A stretch of 64,000 nt of DNA from Rhizobium sp. (GTDB taxonomy: Bacteria > Pseudomonadota > Alphaproteobacteria > Rhizobiales > Rhizobiaceae), in assembly GCA_002796995.1 (NCBI GenBank), contig PEKW01000005.1, forward strand, positions 512,892 to 576,891, in the 5' to 3' direction. A program made the position numbers and the translations under genes. The notes beneath the pieces are model-generated. The model did not search any database. It worked only from the letters and a program-made list of their open reading frames with translations, and had not been told where the DNA came from. Every line of letters starts with the position of its first letter. Position 1 is the first letter of the stretch. Positions 49,678 through 59,733 of the stretch are shown here, piece after piece.

Positions 49678-50907
49678 ATGGGCAAGAACATCGTCCTTCT
49701 GTTCGACGGAACCTCGAACGAGATCGCCGCCGACCGCACCAATATCCTGCGCCTGTTCGGCACGCTCAGGCGCACCGACGAACAGATCGTCTACTACGAT
49801 CCGGGCGTCGGCACCTTCGGCGCGGACAATGCCTGGTCGCGCTGGTGGCGCAAGGCGGTCGAGATCTGGGGCCTTGCCACAGGCTGGGGCATCGACGCCA
49901 ACGTCAAGCAGGCCTATCGCTTCATCGTCGAGAACTTTAAGGCCGCCCCGCGCGACAAGGACGGCAAGAGGATCGGCGAGGACGACCGGATCTATCTCTT
50001 CGGCTTCAGCCGCGGCGCCTATACGGCACGGGTTCTCGCCGGCTTCATCCATAGTCTCGGCCTCGTGCGTCCCGAGCAGCTCAACCTGGTCGACTATGCC
50101 TACCGCACCTACAAGGGCATCTCCGAACACAAGACCACGGCCGACGGCGAGGACGAAGCCGACAATTCCGCCTTTGCCGACATGCGCCTCTACGAACGCA
50201 CGCTCAAGGGCTACCGCCCGGCCATCGAACTGCTCGGCCTGTTCGACACCGTCGCCTCGGTGATCGAATCCGGCCGGGTCGGCCTCAAGTTCAAGACCCA
50301 TCCCTTCACCCATCGCAATCCGAGCGTAAGGCGGGTGCGCCATGTCGTGGCCATCGACGAGAAGCGGACGATGTACCGTGCGGAGCCCTGGACCCCGGAC
50401 CAGCCCTTCTGGGGCAGCCCCTTCCGGCCGCCCAAGGACAAGCCGGTGGTGCCGCAGGACGTCAAGGAGGTGTGGTTCAGCGGCGTGCACGGCGATGTCG
50501 GCGGCGGCTACCCCGAAAAAGAGAGCGCGCTCATCAAGCGGCCGCTTGCCTGGATGATCGAGCAGACCAAGCCGATGGGCCTCGATTATGCGACGCTCAC
50601 CGTCAACGAGGTGGTGCTCGGCAAGAACCCAAAGAAGGCCTATGTCGAGCCCGATGCGATGGCCCGGGCGCATGATTCGATGAACCTCGTCTGGCGGGCG
50701 GTCGAATTCCTGCCGCGGCGCGTGCCCTCCTCGTCCTGGCGGCATGGCGGCAAGGGCGGCGGCATCTACCTGCCGCTGTCAGATCCGCGCTTCATTCCCG
50801 AGGATGCGTTGATCCACCAGTCCGTGGTCGACCGCCTGAACGGCATGCCGGCCGACGGCCCCTACCGCCCGCGCAACCTGCCGAAGAACTACCGGATCGA
50901 ACCCTGA
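49678..50907 (+). CDS. DUF2235 alpha/beta hydrolase (Tle1-like)
   Basis: IVLLFDGT, YDPGVGT, FGFSRGAYTAR, GLFDTV, WFSGVHGDVGGG. Confidence 0.92.
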   Translation: MGKNIVLLFDGTSNEIAADRTNILRLFGTLRRTDEQIVYYDPGVGTFGADNAWSRWWRKAVEIWGLATGWGIDANVKQAYRFIVENFKAAPRDKDGKRIGEDDRIYLFGFSRGAYTARVLAGFIHSLGLVRPEQLNLVDYAYRTYKGISEHKTTADGEDEADNSAFADMRLYERTLKGYRPAIELLGLFDTVASVIESGRVGLKFKTHPFTHRNPSVRRVRHVVAIDEKRTMYRAEPWTPDQPFWGSPFRPPKDKPVVPQDVKEVWFSGVHGDVGGGYPEKESALIKRPLAWMIEQTKPMGLDYATLTVNEVVLGKNPKKAYVEPDAMARAHDSMNLVWRAVEFLPRRVPSSSWRHGGKGGGIYLPLSDPRFIPEDALIHQSVVDRLNGMPADGPYRPRNLPKNYRIEP

Positions 50908-51094
50908 CCGGCACCTGGCGGTGCTGCTTGCCGGAGGTTCCGCCGAAAGGAAAAATTAAATCTCTGGAAATTGCGCGATCCTATCTGCTATAGTTCCCTC
51001 ATCGTTGATTTGAACTGGTTCCGTAGCTTCGCTTCGGGACCTGTTTTCTTTTATGTCCAGCGCCAAGCGGGCATGAAATGCGAAGGAAAATGAC

Positions 51095-51571
51095 ATGGTA
51101 GAAAAGGTACCGATGACGCAGTCCGGCTTCACGAAGCTGAACGAGGAGTTGCGTTGGCGCCAGCAGGAAGAACGCCCCCGCATCATCGAGGCGATCGCCG
51201 AAGCGCGCGCCCATGGCGACCTTTCCGAAAACGCCGAGTATCACGCCGCCAAGGAGGCCCAGAGCCATAACGAAGGCCGGATTGGCGAGCTCGAAGACCT
51301 GATTGCGCGCGCCGAGGTCATCGACCTGTCGAAGATGTCCGGCTCCACCATCAAGTTCGGCGCGACCGTCAAGCTCGTCGACGAAGACACCGAGGAGCAG
51401 AAGACCTATCAGATCGTCGGCGACCAGGAAGCCGACGTGAAGGCCGGCCGCATCTCGATCTCCTCGCCCATCGCCCGTGCCCTGATCGGCAAGGAAGTCG
51501 GCGACAATATCGAAGTCGTCGCCCCCGGCGGCTCCAAGGCCTACGAGATCCTCGCGATCAACTGGGGCTGA
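51095..51571 (+). CDS. greA: Transcription elongation factor GreA
   Basis: [33 protein letters not shown]. Confidence 0.99.
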   Translation: MVEKVPMTQSGFTKLNEELRWRQQEERPRIIEAIAEARAHGDLSENAEYHAAKEAQSHNEGRIGELEDLIARAEVIDLSKMSGSTIKFGATVKLVDEDTEEQKTYQIVGDQEADVKAGRISISSPIARALIGKEVGDNIEVVAPGGSKAYEILAINWG

Positions 51572-51593
51572 CCCCGCCCGGAAGGCCCATCCC

Positions 51594-52646
51594 TTGCCTC
51601 CCCTCGACGACATCACGGTGATCGCGCCGCATTTCAAGCGGCGCCTTTCCGGCGTGACTTCGACCGTCGTCCAGCTCATCCCCGAACAGCGACGGCTCGG
51701 GCGTGGCATCGTCACGCTCGGCCCCGGTCTGCCGGACGATCTGCCGAAGATGTCGTGGGCGCAACTGCCGGCGCTCTGGCGCCGGCCGAAATCCGCCCGC
51801 CACCGCGTCTGGCACGCCCGCCGCAACAACGAGATGTTGTTCGGCCTCTTGCTGCGCGACATTCTGCGCATGCCGCTGAAGCTGCTGTTCACCTCGGCCG
51901 CCCAGCGTCGCCACACCGCCTATACCCGCTGGCTGATCGCGAAGATGGATGCCGTGGTCGCCACGAGCGCCCGCTCAGGCTCGTTCCTCGAAGTGCCGCA
52001 TACGGTGATCCGCCACGGCGTCGACATCGACCGTTTCCATCCAGGAGACGGTTCCGATGACACGATCGCCGCGACCGGCCTTCCCGGACGATATCTCGTC
52101 GGCTGTTTTGGCCGCGTGCGCCATCAGAAGGGCACCGACCTCTTCGTCCGCGCCATGATCGAGCTCCTGCCGCGCTATCCCGACTGGACGGCCGTGATCA
52201 GCGGACGCGTGACGCCGGACAACAAGGCTTTCGCCGACCAGCTGAAGGCCGACATCGCGGCTGCCGGCCTGTCGTCGCGCATCGTCTTTCTCGGCGAGGT
52301 GGATGACATCAGGCCCTGGTACCGGCGGCTCACCCTCTATGTCGCGCCCTCGCGCAACGAAGGCTTCGGCCTCACCCCGCTCGAAGCGATGGCATCCTCC
52401 ACCGCATCCGTCGCCAGCGATGCCGGCGCCTATGCCGAACTGATCGCCGAAGGTGAAACCGGCAAGGTCGTGCCCGCCGACGACTACGAGGGGCTGCGCG
52501 ACGCGATCGCCGGCTATCTCGCCGACCCGAACGAGGCGATCGAAGCCGGCCGGCGCGGACGCGCCCATGTGGTCGAGAATTTCGCCCTGGTGCGGGAAGC
52601 GACGGCGCTGGAGATGGTCTATAACCGGCTTCTCCTCGAGAACTGA
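51594..52646 (+). CDS. lpsB: GT4 LPS core glycosyltransferase (LpsB/LpcC)
   Basis: IAPHFKRRLSGVTSTV, WHARRNNE, RNEGFGLTPLEAMAS; directly after greA as in rhizobia. Confidence 0.88.
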   Translation: MPPLDDITVIAPHFKRRLSGVTSTVVQLIPEQRRLGRGIVTLGPGLPDDLPKMSWAQLPALWRRPKSARHRVWHARRNNEMLFGLLLRDILRMPLKLLFTSAAQRRHTAYTRWLIAKMDAVVATSARSGSFLEVPHTVIRHGVDIDRFHPGDGSDDTIAATGLPGRYLVGCFGRVRHQKGTDLFVRAMIELLPRYPDWTAVISGRVTPDNKAFADQLKADIAAAGLSSRIVFLGEVDDIRPWYRRLTLYVAPSRNEGFGLTPLEAMASSTASVASDAGAYAELIAEGETGKVVPADDYEGLRDAIAGYLADPNEAIEAGRRGRAHVVENFALVREATALEMVYNRLLLEN

Positions 52647-52657
52647 CGGACCGCGCC

Positions 52658-53851
52658 ATGGGCAACAGGGATTTCATCGTCTGCCGGACCAGCCACGTAC
52701 GCGGCTTCGTCGCGCGCTTCCAGGACCGCGTCGCCGCATTGCCGTCTGACCTGAAGAGCGCGGTGAAGACGGTTCTGAAACGCAAGGGCCTGTCCGGCCT
52801 GCTGCGCACGGTATTCGTCAATGGCGGGCCGGTGCTCGACGAACTGGCCGAGCGCAACCTGAAGCGCCGGCAGATCCGTTTCCGCGCGGTGTTTTCCAAT
52901 CCGCTGGTCGCCTGGATCTATCGCAAGGGAACGCGCATTCAGTGCCGCCTGATCGCCGCCGTCTTCGAGGCGCGGCTCGAGGAAGACCCGCAGGCGAGTG
53001 TCGTCGTGTTCAACGGCTATCTCATGCCGGATTCGATCCTCGCCGCCGTGGCGACCCGTGAGAAACGTCGCGTGGTGTTCCTGGAGAAGGGATTCTTTCC
53101 CGGCACGCTGCAATGCGACCCGCACGGCATCAACCACCAGAGTTCGCTGCCGCGCGATCCCGACTTCTACCTCGCCTTCGACCCTGCCGAACTGGGCGAA
53201 AAGCCGACCGCACTGGTCAAACGTGCGTCCAAGCTGAAGGACGATGGCCCGGCCGCCCTGCCCGACCGCTATGTCTTCGTTCCCTTCCAGGTGCCGAGCG
53301 ACATGCAGATCCTGGCGCTGTCGCCGTGGATCCGGGACATGCGCCACCTCTATGACGAGATCTATCGGCTGTCGGAGGCGGAAGGCCAGAGCCATTTCGT
53401 CATCAAGGAGCATCCGAGCTTTCCGCTGTCGATCCGCGCCGAGGTCACGCCGCATCCGCGCATCCACTTCGCCAACCACCACGACACGCAAGCGCTGATC
53501 GAGGGCGCCGACGCGGTGATCACGGTCAACTCCACGGTCGGTCTCGAATCGGTGCTGCTGGAGAAGAAGGTCATCACCCTAGGCCTTGCGCCCTATGACA
53601 TCGAGGGACTGGTCTTAAAGGCCGCCAATGGCGCGGAACTGCTCACCGCCTTTCGCTCGCTCGACAGCTGGTCACCCGACGCGGACCTGCGCGAACGGGT
53701 CATCCGCTATATCCAGAACGTCTTCCTGCTGCAGGGCGAGCTGAAGAATCCCGATCCCCACCTGCCTGACATGATCGCGGCGCGGCTTGCCGGCACGGAT
53801 CGGCACGGTCAGGCGGTCGCGGCCTTTGCTGCGGCGAAGCGCGGATCATAA
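52658..53851 (+). CDS. KpsS/LipB-like capsule biosynthesis protein (Capsule_synth)
   Basis: PGTLQCDPHGINHQSSL, FVPFQVPSDMQI, IKEHP, TVNSTVGLES. Confidence 0.82.
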   Translation: MGNRDFIVCRTSHVRGFVARFQDRVAALPSDLKSAVKTVLKRKGLSGLLRTVFVNGGPVLDELAERNLKRRQIRFRAVFSNPLVAWIYRKGTRIQCRLIAAVFEARLEEDPQASVVVFNGYLMPDSILAAVATREKRRVVFLEKGFFPGTLQCDPHGINHQSSLPRDPDFYLAFDPAELGEKPTALVKRASKLKDDGPAALPDRYVFVPFQVPSDMQILALSPWIRDMRHLYDEIYRLSEAEGQSHFVIKEHPSFPLSIRAEVTPHPRIHFANHHDTQALIEGADAVITVNSTVGLESVLLEKKVITLGLAPYDIEGLVLKAANGAELLTAFRSLDSWSPDADLRERVIRYIQNVFLLQGELKNPDPHLPDMIAARLAGTDRHGQAVAAFAAAKRGS

Positions 53852-54753
53852 GGGAAACCCGCGCCGATCAGGGCGGAGACCGGCGAAAAATTCAGGATCT
53901 CAATGCGATCCGCGGCGCAGATCCGGCGTGCGAGCGCGAAATGCGCGACGATGCGCCCTGCCGCCCCGGCGATCCCCGACCCTGCCGTATCGCCGGCCTT
54001 CTCGTAGAAACGCGGCTCGCCGGCATTCGAAATGTCGATGCCGAACAGGCCGATGATGGCCGGCCGGCAAAAGGCGGCGAACTGCAGCGCCGATACGGCG
54101 ACCGAGCCGCCCTGGAACACGCCCCGCGACGGGTCGCGGGAAAACCCGGCGCCGTCGTCCGCGAGCACAGTAAAGTCCAGGCACTTGAGATCTTCGTCCG
54201 AATGCCGCCGCACCCGGTAGGGCTTGCGCAGGTCGTCGATCAGAATGACCCGTTTGTCGGCGAGCCAGCCCCGATCCGTCTCGCAGATCGCCCGGATGAC
54301 ACCGACCGACAGCAGGCAGATCGTCCCAGCATTGATCTTCTCGCGCATCAGCGGAAAATGTCGCCAGACGAAGCGCTCGTCCTCGATGGCGACCGCCAGG
54401 GGCGCCCCGATGCGCGTTCCGATCAGGTTGATGGCGCCGTTGAGCAGGACCGCCTCACCGGGCTCGACCCGCGAGAAATCGACGCCGGCGATCGAAGGCC
54501 CCGAACCAACAATGTGAATCGTCTCATGCGCAGTCTTGCGCAGCAGATCGGCATGATGAAGCGCGGCGACCCGCTCGCCCTTGTAGAGGATTGCCCCCTC
54601 GCCCAGCGGCGTCGTGGGGAGGCGTAGTTCCAGCCCCGGAAGCCAGTTCTGCGCGTGCGCCCAGGTCTTGCCGAAGAAGACGGTCGCAGCGAGCTTGACG
54701 ATCGAACGCTTGAGCGGGCGCTCCGATTTCAGTTTCAACGCCGTTCTCCCCAT
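53809..54753 (-). CDS. Putative glycosyltransferase with CstII/GT42- or DUF115-like motifs
   Basis: IHIVGSGPSI...LLNGAI; GGSVAVSALQFA...IGLFGIDIS. Confidence 0.65.
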   Translation of the reverse strand: MGRTALKLKSERPLKRSIVKLAATVFFGKTWAHAQNWLPGLELRLPTTPLGEGAILYKGERVAALHHADLLRKTAHETIHIVGSGPSIAGVDFSRVEPGEAVLLNGAINLIGTRIGAPLAVAIEDERFVWRHFPLMREKINAGTICLLSVGVIRAICETDRGWLADKRVILIDDLRKPYRVRRHSDEDLKCLDFTVLADDGAGFSRDPSRGVFQGGSVAVSALQFAAFCRPAIIGLFGIDISNAGEPRFYEKAGDTAGSGIAGAAGRIVAHFALARRICAADRIEILNFSPVSALIGAGFPYDPRFAAAKAATA

Positions 54754-54893
54754 TCCCGGACCGCACCCGGCAGCCGCGCATCCAGCCGCTGCCAAGAAAC
54801 TTGATTGTGCCGTGCCTCTCGGCCTAAATGCTCGCCAATCCACGCATGGCCTGCCAGAGACGGCCATTCCGGCATACGCGAAAGATCGGTCCC

Positions 54894-55937
54894 TTGCCAC
54901 TCAAAGCCGTCATATTGAACGACACCCGCGGCGACAACCATTTTGGCTGCATGCGGGTGATGCGGATCATCGAGCAGAACCTCGAGGCCCGCGGCATCGA
55001 GATCGCCGCGACCAGCCTGGTGCGCAACGACTGGAAGCGGGACGAGGCTTTCCTGAACGCCATGCGCACCGCCGACCTCATCGTCATCAATGGCGAGGGC
55101 ACGCTGCACCACGGCAGCAAGCAGGGTGTAAGACTGCTCGACGTGGTCGATCACCCGGCCCGCGGCGCGACGCCGGTGGCGCTGATCAATGCGGTCTACC
55201 AGGACAATCCACCGGCCTGGAACGAGCGCCTCGCCCGTATCGACCTGATCTCGACGCGCGATTCCTGGAGTGCGGCCGAAGTCGAAAAGGCGATCGGCCG
55301 GAAGGTCGGTTTCGTGCCCGATCTCTCGCTGGCCGAAGGAGCGATCGCAACACCCGGGACGGCGCGGCGCGATCGGCTGCTGGTCGGCGATTCCGTCAAT
55401 CGCGATATCGGCCGGCAGCTGCTGGCCTTTGCCGACCAGCGGGACGATGCGCGCTATCTGCCGATCCTCACCTCGATCAAGCCACCCAAGCCACACTATC
55501 CGCCCCCCCTGCGGGCGCTGCGCCAGGCCTATATCGACCTGCACGCCACGCTCTTCGGCTGGCGTCACCGGCACACCGAGTTCAACAACTCCGAGGCCGG
55601 ATTCCTCAAGAGCCTGCAGTCCGGCTACCTGCATGTTAGCGGCCGCTTCCACGCCGTCTGCCTCTGCCTTGCGACCGGCACGCCCTTCCTGGCGCTCGAA
55701 TCGAATTCCTGGAAGATCGCCGCCCTGCTCCATGACTTCGGCCTCGGCGCCGAGCGCATCGTCACGCTCGATGAAGCCCGGCGCCGCATCGAAGCGAACG
55801 AGCGCTTCGACTTCACCCCGGAGGAACGCCACACCATCGCGACCGGCCTTGCCGCGGCCAGCAAGGGGGCCGGCGACCTGTTCGACAGCCTGCTGGCGCT
55901 CGCCAGATCCAAGCCCGCCGGAGCCGAAGCGCCATGA
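54894..55937 (+). CDS. Polysaccharide pyruvyl transferase family protein
   Basis: HFGC, VINGEGTLHH, RDSWS, GRFHAVCLCLATGTPF. Confidence 0.85.
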   Translation: MPLKAVILNDTRGDNHFGCMRVMRIIEQNLEARGIEIAATSLVRNDWKRDEAFLNAMRTADLIVINGEGTLHHGSKQGVRLLDVVDHPARGATPVALINAVYQDNPPAWNERLARIDLISTRDSWSAAEVEKAIGRKVGFVPDLSLAEGAIATPGTARRDRLLVGDSVNRDIGRQLLAFADQRDDARYLPILTSIKPPKPHYPPPLRALRQAYIDLHATLFGWRHRHTEFNNSEAGFLKSLQSGYLHVSGRFHAVCLCLATGTPFLALESNSWKIAALLHDFGLGAERIVTLDEARRRIEANERFDFTPEERHTIATGLAAASKGAGDLFDSLLALARSKPAGAEAP

Positions 55938-57019
55938 AGAATGCCTATGCCCGGATCGCCGACATCCTTGCCCGCTCGCTCGGTGCCGGCCACCTGACGC
56001 TTCACGGCGAAGGCATCGCCGCCCGGCAGATCGCAGCGCTGCCGATCGCGCGCCCTGCGGCCAGCCCCGCCCCAGCCGAAGCCACATTGGTGGTTTCGGT
56101 AAACGAGCTGGAGAAGACGGAGCCGGCCGACCTCGACGCGCTCATCGAGAGCCGCAAGAATGGCGGCACGCACCAGATCTTCGTCGTCTCGACCATCTTC
56201 TCGCTGAAGCTTGATGACGCGGGCATCAACGTCAACCGCATCATCGAACGGCCGGAATGGTGGCGCGACCGTCTGGCGGCGCATTTTCCCGACGTCACCC
56301 GACTGCCGGAGGTCGAGCCGCACGAGGTGATGTTCCTCAGCTGGACGCCCGAGCCGGCCGTGCGCAAGCGTCTGGGCAAGGCGTTGAGAACGCTGAAGCT
56401 CGCCAGCCGCATCCAGGCCCTGCCCGGCCGGCTCTTGCAGCGCTTTCGCGTCAAGCGCGCCGGCTTCATGTCCGAGCGAGTGCTATCGCATCTGCTCAAC
56501 GGCAAGTCGGCAGCGCTGGTCGGCAATGCGGTCAGTCTTCGGGAAACGGCCTTTGGCACGGCGATCGACGCAAACGACATCGTCATCCGTTGCAACCGCG
56601 CGCCGATCATCACCACCCGCTCGCACGGCGCACGAACCGACTGGATCGCCACCAGCATCGACATTCCCGAAGACGTGCCCCGCGAGCGCGGCGCCCGCCT
56701 CATTCTCTGGATGTCGCCGAAACTGAAACGCCTGCCGTCCTGGCTGTTCCGCTGGCCGCAGGTGTTCATGAACACCCGGGCCGGCAACCAGCGGCTCGCC
56801 GACCAGCTCGGCAGCCGGCCTTCGACCGGGGCCATGGTGATCGATCTCCTGGTTCGCTCCAACTGCCGCAGCGTCGAACTCTATGGCTTCGATTTCTTCA
56901 GCGGCCTGTCGCTGTCGGGCGTGCACACGCGCGAGACGACACCGCACGACTTCGGTTCAGAAGAGGTCTGGGTCCAGCAGCTACTGGAAATGGACAAGCG
57001 CTTTTCACTGCACCGCTAG
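55934..57019 (+). CDS. GT29 (sialyltransferase-like) domain protein with an extra N-terminal domain
   Basis: KSAALVGNA...IDANDIVIRCNRAP...GARTD (L-motif-like); RPSTGAMVI...LYGFDFF (S-motif-like); HDFGSE. Confidence 0.78.
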   Translation: MKNAYARIADILARSLGAGHLTLHGEGIAARQIAALPIARPAASPAPAEATLVVSVNELEKTEPADLDALIESRKNGGTHQIFVVSTIFSLKLDDAGINVNRIIERPEWWRDRLAAHFPDVTRLPEVEPHEVMFLSWTPEPAVRKRLGKALRTLKLASRIQALPGRLLQRFRVKRAGFMSERVLSHLLNGKSAALVGNAVSLRETAFGTAIDANDIVIRCNRAPIITTRSHGARTDWIATSIDIPEDVPRERGARLILWMSPKLKRLPSWLFRWPQVFMNTRAGNQRLADQLGSRPSTGAMVIDLLVRSNCRSVELYGFDFFSGLSLSGVHTRETTPHDFGSEEVWVQQLLEMDKRFSLHR

Positions 57020-57046
57020 GCAGGGTCCTGCACAACGGGGGAGCGC

Positions 57047-57511
57047 TCAGATCTCCACCAGCCCCGCCTTCTTCACCTGGCGGATGGTCAGCATGGTGCG
57101 CACCGTGTGGACGTGTTCGTTGGCGGTCAGCACCTCGATGACGAAGTCCTGGAACTTGGTCAAGTTCTCCGCCACGCAATGCAGGAGGAAATCGCTGTCG
57201 CCCGAGACCATCCAGGCCTGGCGGACCATCGGCCAGCCGTCGGTGGCCGCGGCAAAGGCCTTGAGATTGCTTTCCGACTGATGCTTGAGGCCGATCATGC
57301 AGAAGGCGACGAGGTCGAAGCCCAGCTTCGGGGCATTGAGCATCGCATGATAGCCTTCGATGATACCCGCCTCTTCCAGCTTGCGCACCCTTCTGAGGCA
57401 GGGCGGCGCCGAAATGCCCACGCGCTCGGACAGCTCGACATTGGTCATGCGACCGTCGCGCTGCAATTCCCGCAGGATCTTCAGATCAATAGCGTCCAGC
57501 TCGGCTCTCAC
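57047..57511 (-). CDS. lrp: Lrp/AsnC family regulator
   Basis: LDAIDLKILRELQRDGRMTNVELSERVGISAPPCLRRVRKLE. Confidence 0.93.
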   Translation of the reverse strand: MRAELDAIDLKILRELQRDGRMTNVELSERVGISAPPCLRRVRKLEEAGIIEGYHAMLNAPKLGFDLVAFCMIGLKHQSESNLKAFAAATDGWPMVRQAWMVSGDSDFLLHCVAENLTKFQDFVIEVLTANEHVHTVRTMLTIRQVKKAGLVEI

Positions 57512-57740
57512 CAGGGATCGACCTTTCATGGGAGGATGATCCCGATATCTAGCGGAAACGCGCGAATAAGCAAGAATCTGTCGGAGACGAGCACAAAAAT
57601 TGCCGTAGACCCCATTGCCTTGTTGGTATTGCAAAGCTGACCTTGAATAAATGCATGGACCAATCATAAATGAGGCTACAAACGAGCGGCGCGCGGTCTT
57701 ATATCGCCCCTCCCTTTGCTCCGCTTTGAAAGGACAAGCC

Positions 57741-58715
57741 ATGACTGCCCGCCATACCAAGGTGCTGATCATCGGTTCCGGCCCGGCCGGATATACCGCA
57801 GCGATCTACGCCGCCCGCGCAATGCTGAAGCCCGTCCTGATCGCCGGCATGGAACAGGGCGGCCAGCTGATGATCACTACGGACGTGGAGAACTATCCGG
57901 GCTTCGGCGATCCGATCCAAGGCCCATGGCTGATGGAACAGATGCTGAAACAGGCGACGCATGTCGGCGCCGAGATCGTCAACGACCTCGTGACCGAGGT
58001 CGACCTGTCGCGCCGTCCCTTCACCGCCAGGACCGATTCCGGCGCCGTCTGGACCGCCGACACGCTGATCATCGCCACCGGCGCCAAAGCCAAGTGGCTC
58101 GGCATCGAGAGCGAGCAGCATTTCCAGGGCTTCGGCGTCTCGGCCTGCGCCACCTGCGATGGCTTCTTCTACCGCAACAAGGATGTCATTGTCGTCGGCG
58201 GGGGCAATTCCGCGGTCGAGGAGGCGCTCTATCTGTCACACATCGCCAAGTCCGTCACCGTCGTGCACCGCCGCGATTCGTTCCGCTCGGAAAAGATCCT
58301 GCAGGAGCGCCTGTTCGCCAAGGACAATATCCGCGTGATGTGGAACACCGAAGTCGCCGAGATCACCGGCGCGCGCGCCAAGCCGCCGATGCCGCCGTCG
58401 GTCAGCGGCGTCAGGCTGCGCGACACGCAGACCGGCGCGATCACCGACATGCCGATCGACGGCGTCTTCGTCGCCATCGGCCATGCGCCGGCCGTCGAAC
58501 TGTTCAAGGGCAAGCTGAAGCTCAAGCCCAACGGCTATCTGTGGACCGCGCCGGATTCGACCGCCACGGACATCGAGGGCGTCTTTGCCGCCGGTGACGT
58601 GACCGACGACATCTATCGCCAGGCGATCACCGCCGCCGGCATGGGCTGCATGGCAGCGCTTGAGGCCGAACGCTTCCTGTCAGCCGTTCCGGTGCGGGCC
58701 GAAGCGGCAGAATAA
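57741..58715 (+). CDS. trxB: Thioredoxin reductase
   Basis: GSGPAGYTAA, CATCDGFF, GGGNSAVEEA, FAAGDV. Confidence 0.98.
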   Translation: MTARHTKVLIIGSGPAGYTAAIYAARAMLKPVLIAGMEQGGQLMITTDVENYPGFGDPIQGPWLMEQMLKQATHVGAEIVNDLVTEVDLSRRPFTARTDSGAVWTADTLIIATGAKAKWLGIESEQHFQGFGVSACATCDGFFYRNKDVIVVGGGNSAVEEALYLSHIAKSVTVVHRRDSFRSEKILQERLFAKDNIRVMWNTEVAEITGARAKPPMPPSVSGVRLRDTQTGAITDMPIDGVFVAIGHAPAVELFKGKLKLKPNGYLWTAPDSTATDIEGVFAAGDVTDDIYRQAITAAGMGCMAALEAERFLSAVPVRAEAAE

Positions 58716-58735
58716 CGATAAAGAGAGGGGGCGTA

Positions 58736-59632
58736 ATGCCTTTGGATTGGGACAAGCTGCGCATTTTTCACGCGGCAGCGGAAGCGGGGTCATTCACCCA
58801 CGCGGCCGACAGGTTGCATTTGTCCCAGTCGGCCATCAGCCGTCAGGTCAGCGCGCTGGAGCAGGAGATCGGCGTCAAGCTGTTCCACCGCCATGCGCGC
58901 GGCCTGATCCTGACCGAACAGGGCGAGCTGCTCTATCGCACCGCCCATGACGTGCTGCTGAAGCTCGAAACGGTCAAGATGCAGCTGACCGAGACCACGG
59001 AAAAGCCGAGCGGCAAGCTGCGCGTCACCACCACGGTCGGTCTCGGCCAGGGCTGGCTCACCGACAAGATCCAGGAATTCCTCCAGCTCTATCCCGACAT
59101 GTCGATCCAGCTGATCCTCGACAACGAGGAGCTGGACGTCAACATGCGCCATGCCGACTGCGCCATCCGCCTTCGTCAGCCGCAGCAGTCCGACCTCATC
59201 CAGCGCAAGCTGTTCACCGTGCACATGCACGTCTACGCGGCGCCCTCCTACATCAACCGCTACGGCGAGCCGCAGTCGATCGAGGATCTCGACAACCACC
59301 GCATCATCACCTTCGGCGAACCGGCACCGGGCTACCTGCTCGACGTCAACTGGCTGGAAGTGGCCGGGCGCACCTCCGACAATCCGCGCCAGCCGCATCT
59401 GCAGATCAACAGCCTGACCTCGATCAAGCGCGCCGCCCTGCTGGGAATCGGTATCGCCATGCTGCCCGACTACATTGTCGGGCGTGATCCGGGGCTGCTG
59501 CAGCTGGTGACCAGCGCTGACGTGCCCTCGTTCGACACCTATTTCTGCTATCCGGACGAAATGAAGAATGCCGCGAAACTGAAAGCTTTCCGCGATTTCA
59601 TCGTGGCAAAGGCCAGAAACTGGAACTTTTGA
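58736..59632 (+). CDS. lsrB: LysR regulator LsrB/VtlR
   Basis: MPLDWDKLRIFHAAAEAGSFTHAA; trxB-lsrB-AbcR synteny known in Rhizobiales. Confidence 0.88.
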   Translation: MPLDWDKLRIFHAAAEAGSFTHAADRLHLSQSAISRQVSALEQEIGVKLFHRHARGLILTEQGELLYRTAHDVLLKLETVKMQLTETTEKPSGKLRVTTTVGLGQGWLTDKIQEFLQLYPDMSIQLILDNEELDVNMRHADCAIRLRQPQQSDLIQRKLFTVHMHVYAAPSYINRYGEPQSIEDLDNHRIITFGEPAPGYLLDVNWLEVAGRTSDNPRQPHLQINSLTSIKRAALLGIGIAMLPDYIVGRDPGLLQLVTSADVPSFDTYFCYPDEMKNAAKLKAFRDFIVAKARNWNF

Positions 59633-59672
59633 CGGGAAACCGCGCGACCAAAGGTTAAGGCCTGCGGTCAGC

Positions 59673-59687
59673 GCATGTCTGCATTGC
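59673..59687 (+). promoter_or_regulatory. Candidate LsrB/VtlR-binding site upstream of AbcR
   Basis: GCATGTCTGCATTGC about 50-60 nt upstream of the sRNA; its position fits a LysR activator site. Confidence 0.4.
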
Positions 59688-59733
59688 ATAAAAAAGCATT
59701 GTTCACTGCACAAAAAACCACCATATCGCACTC

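Noticed and set aside
49678-50907. T6SS effector-immunity locus
   Set aside because: No vgrG, PAAR, hcp, adaptor or adjacent immunity gene in the window.
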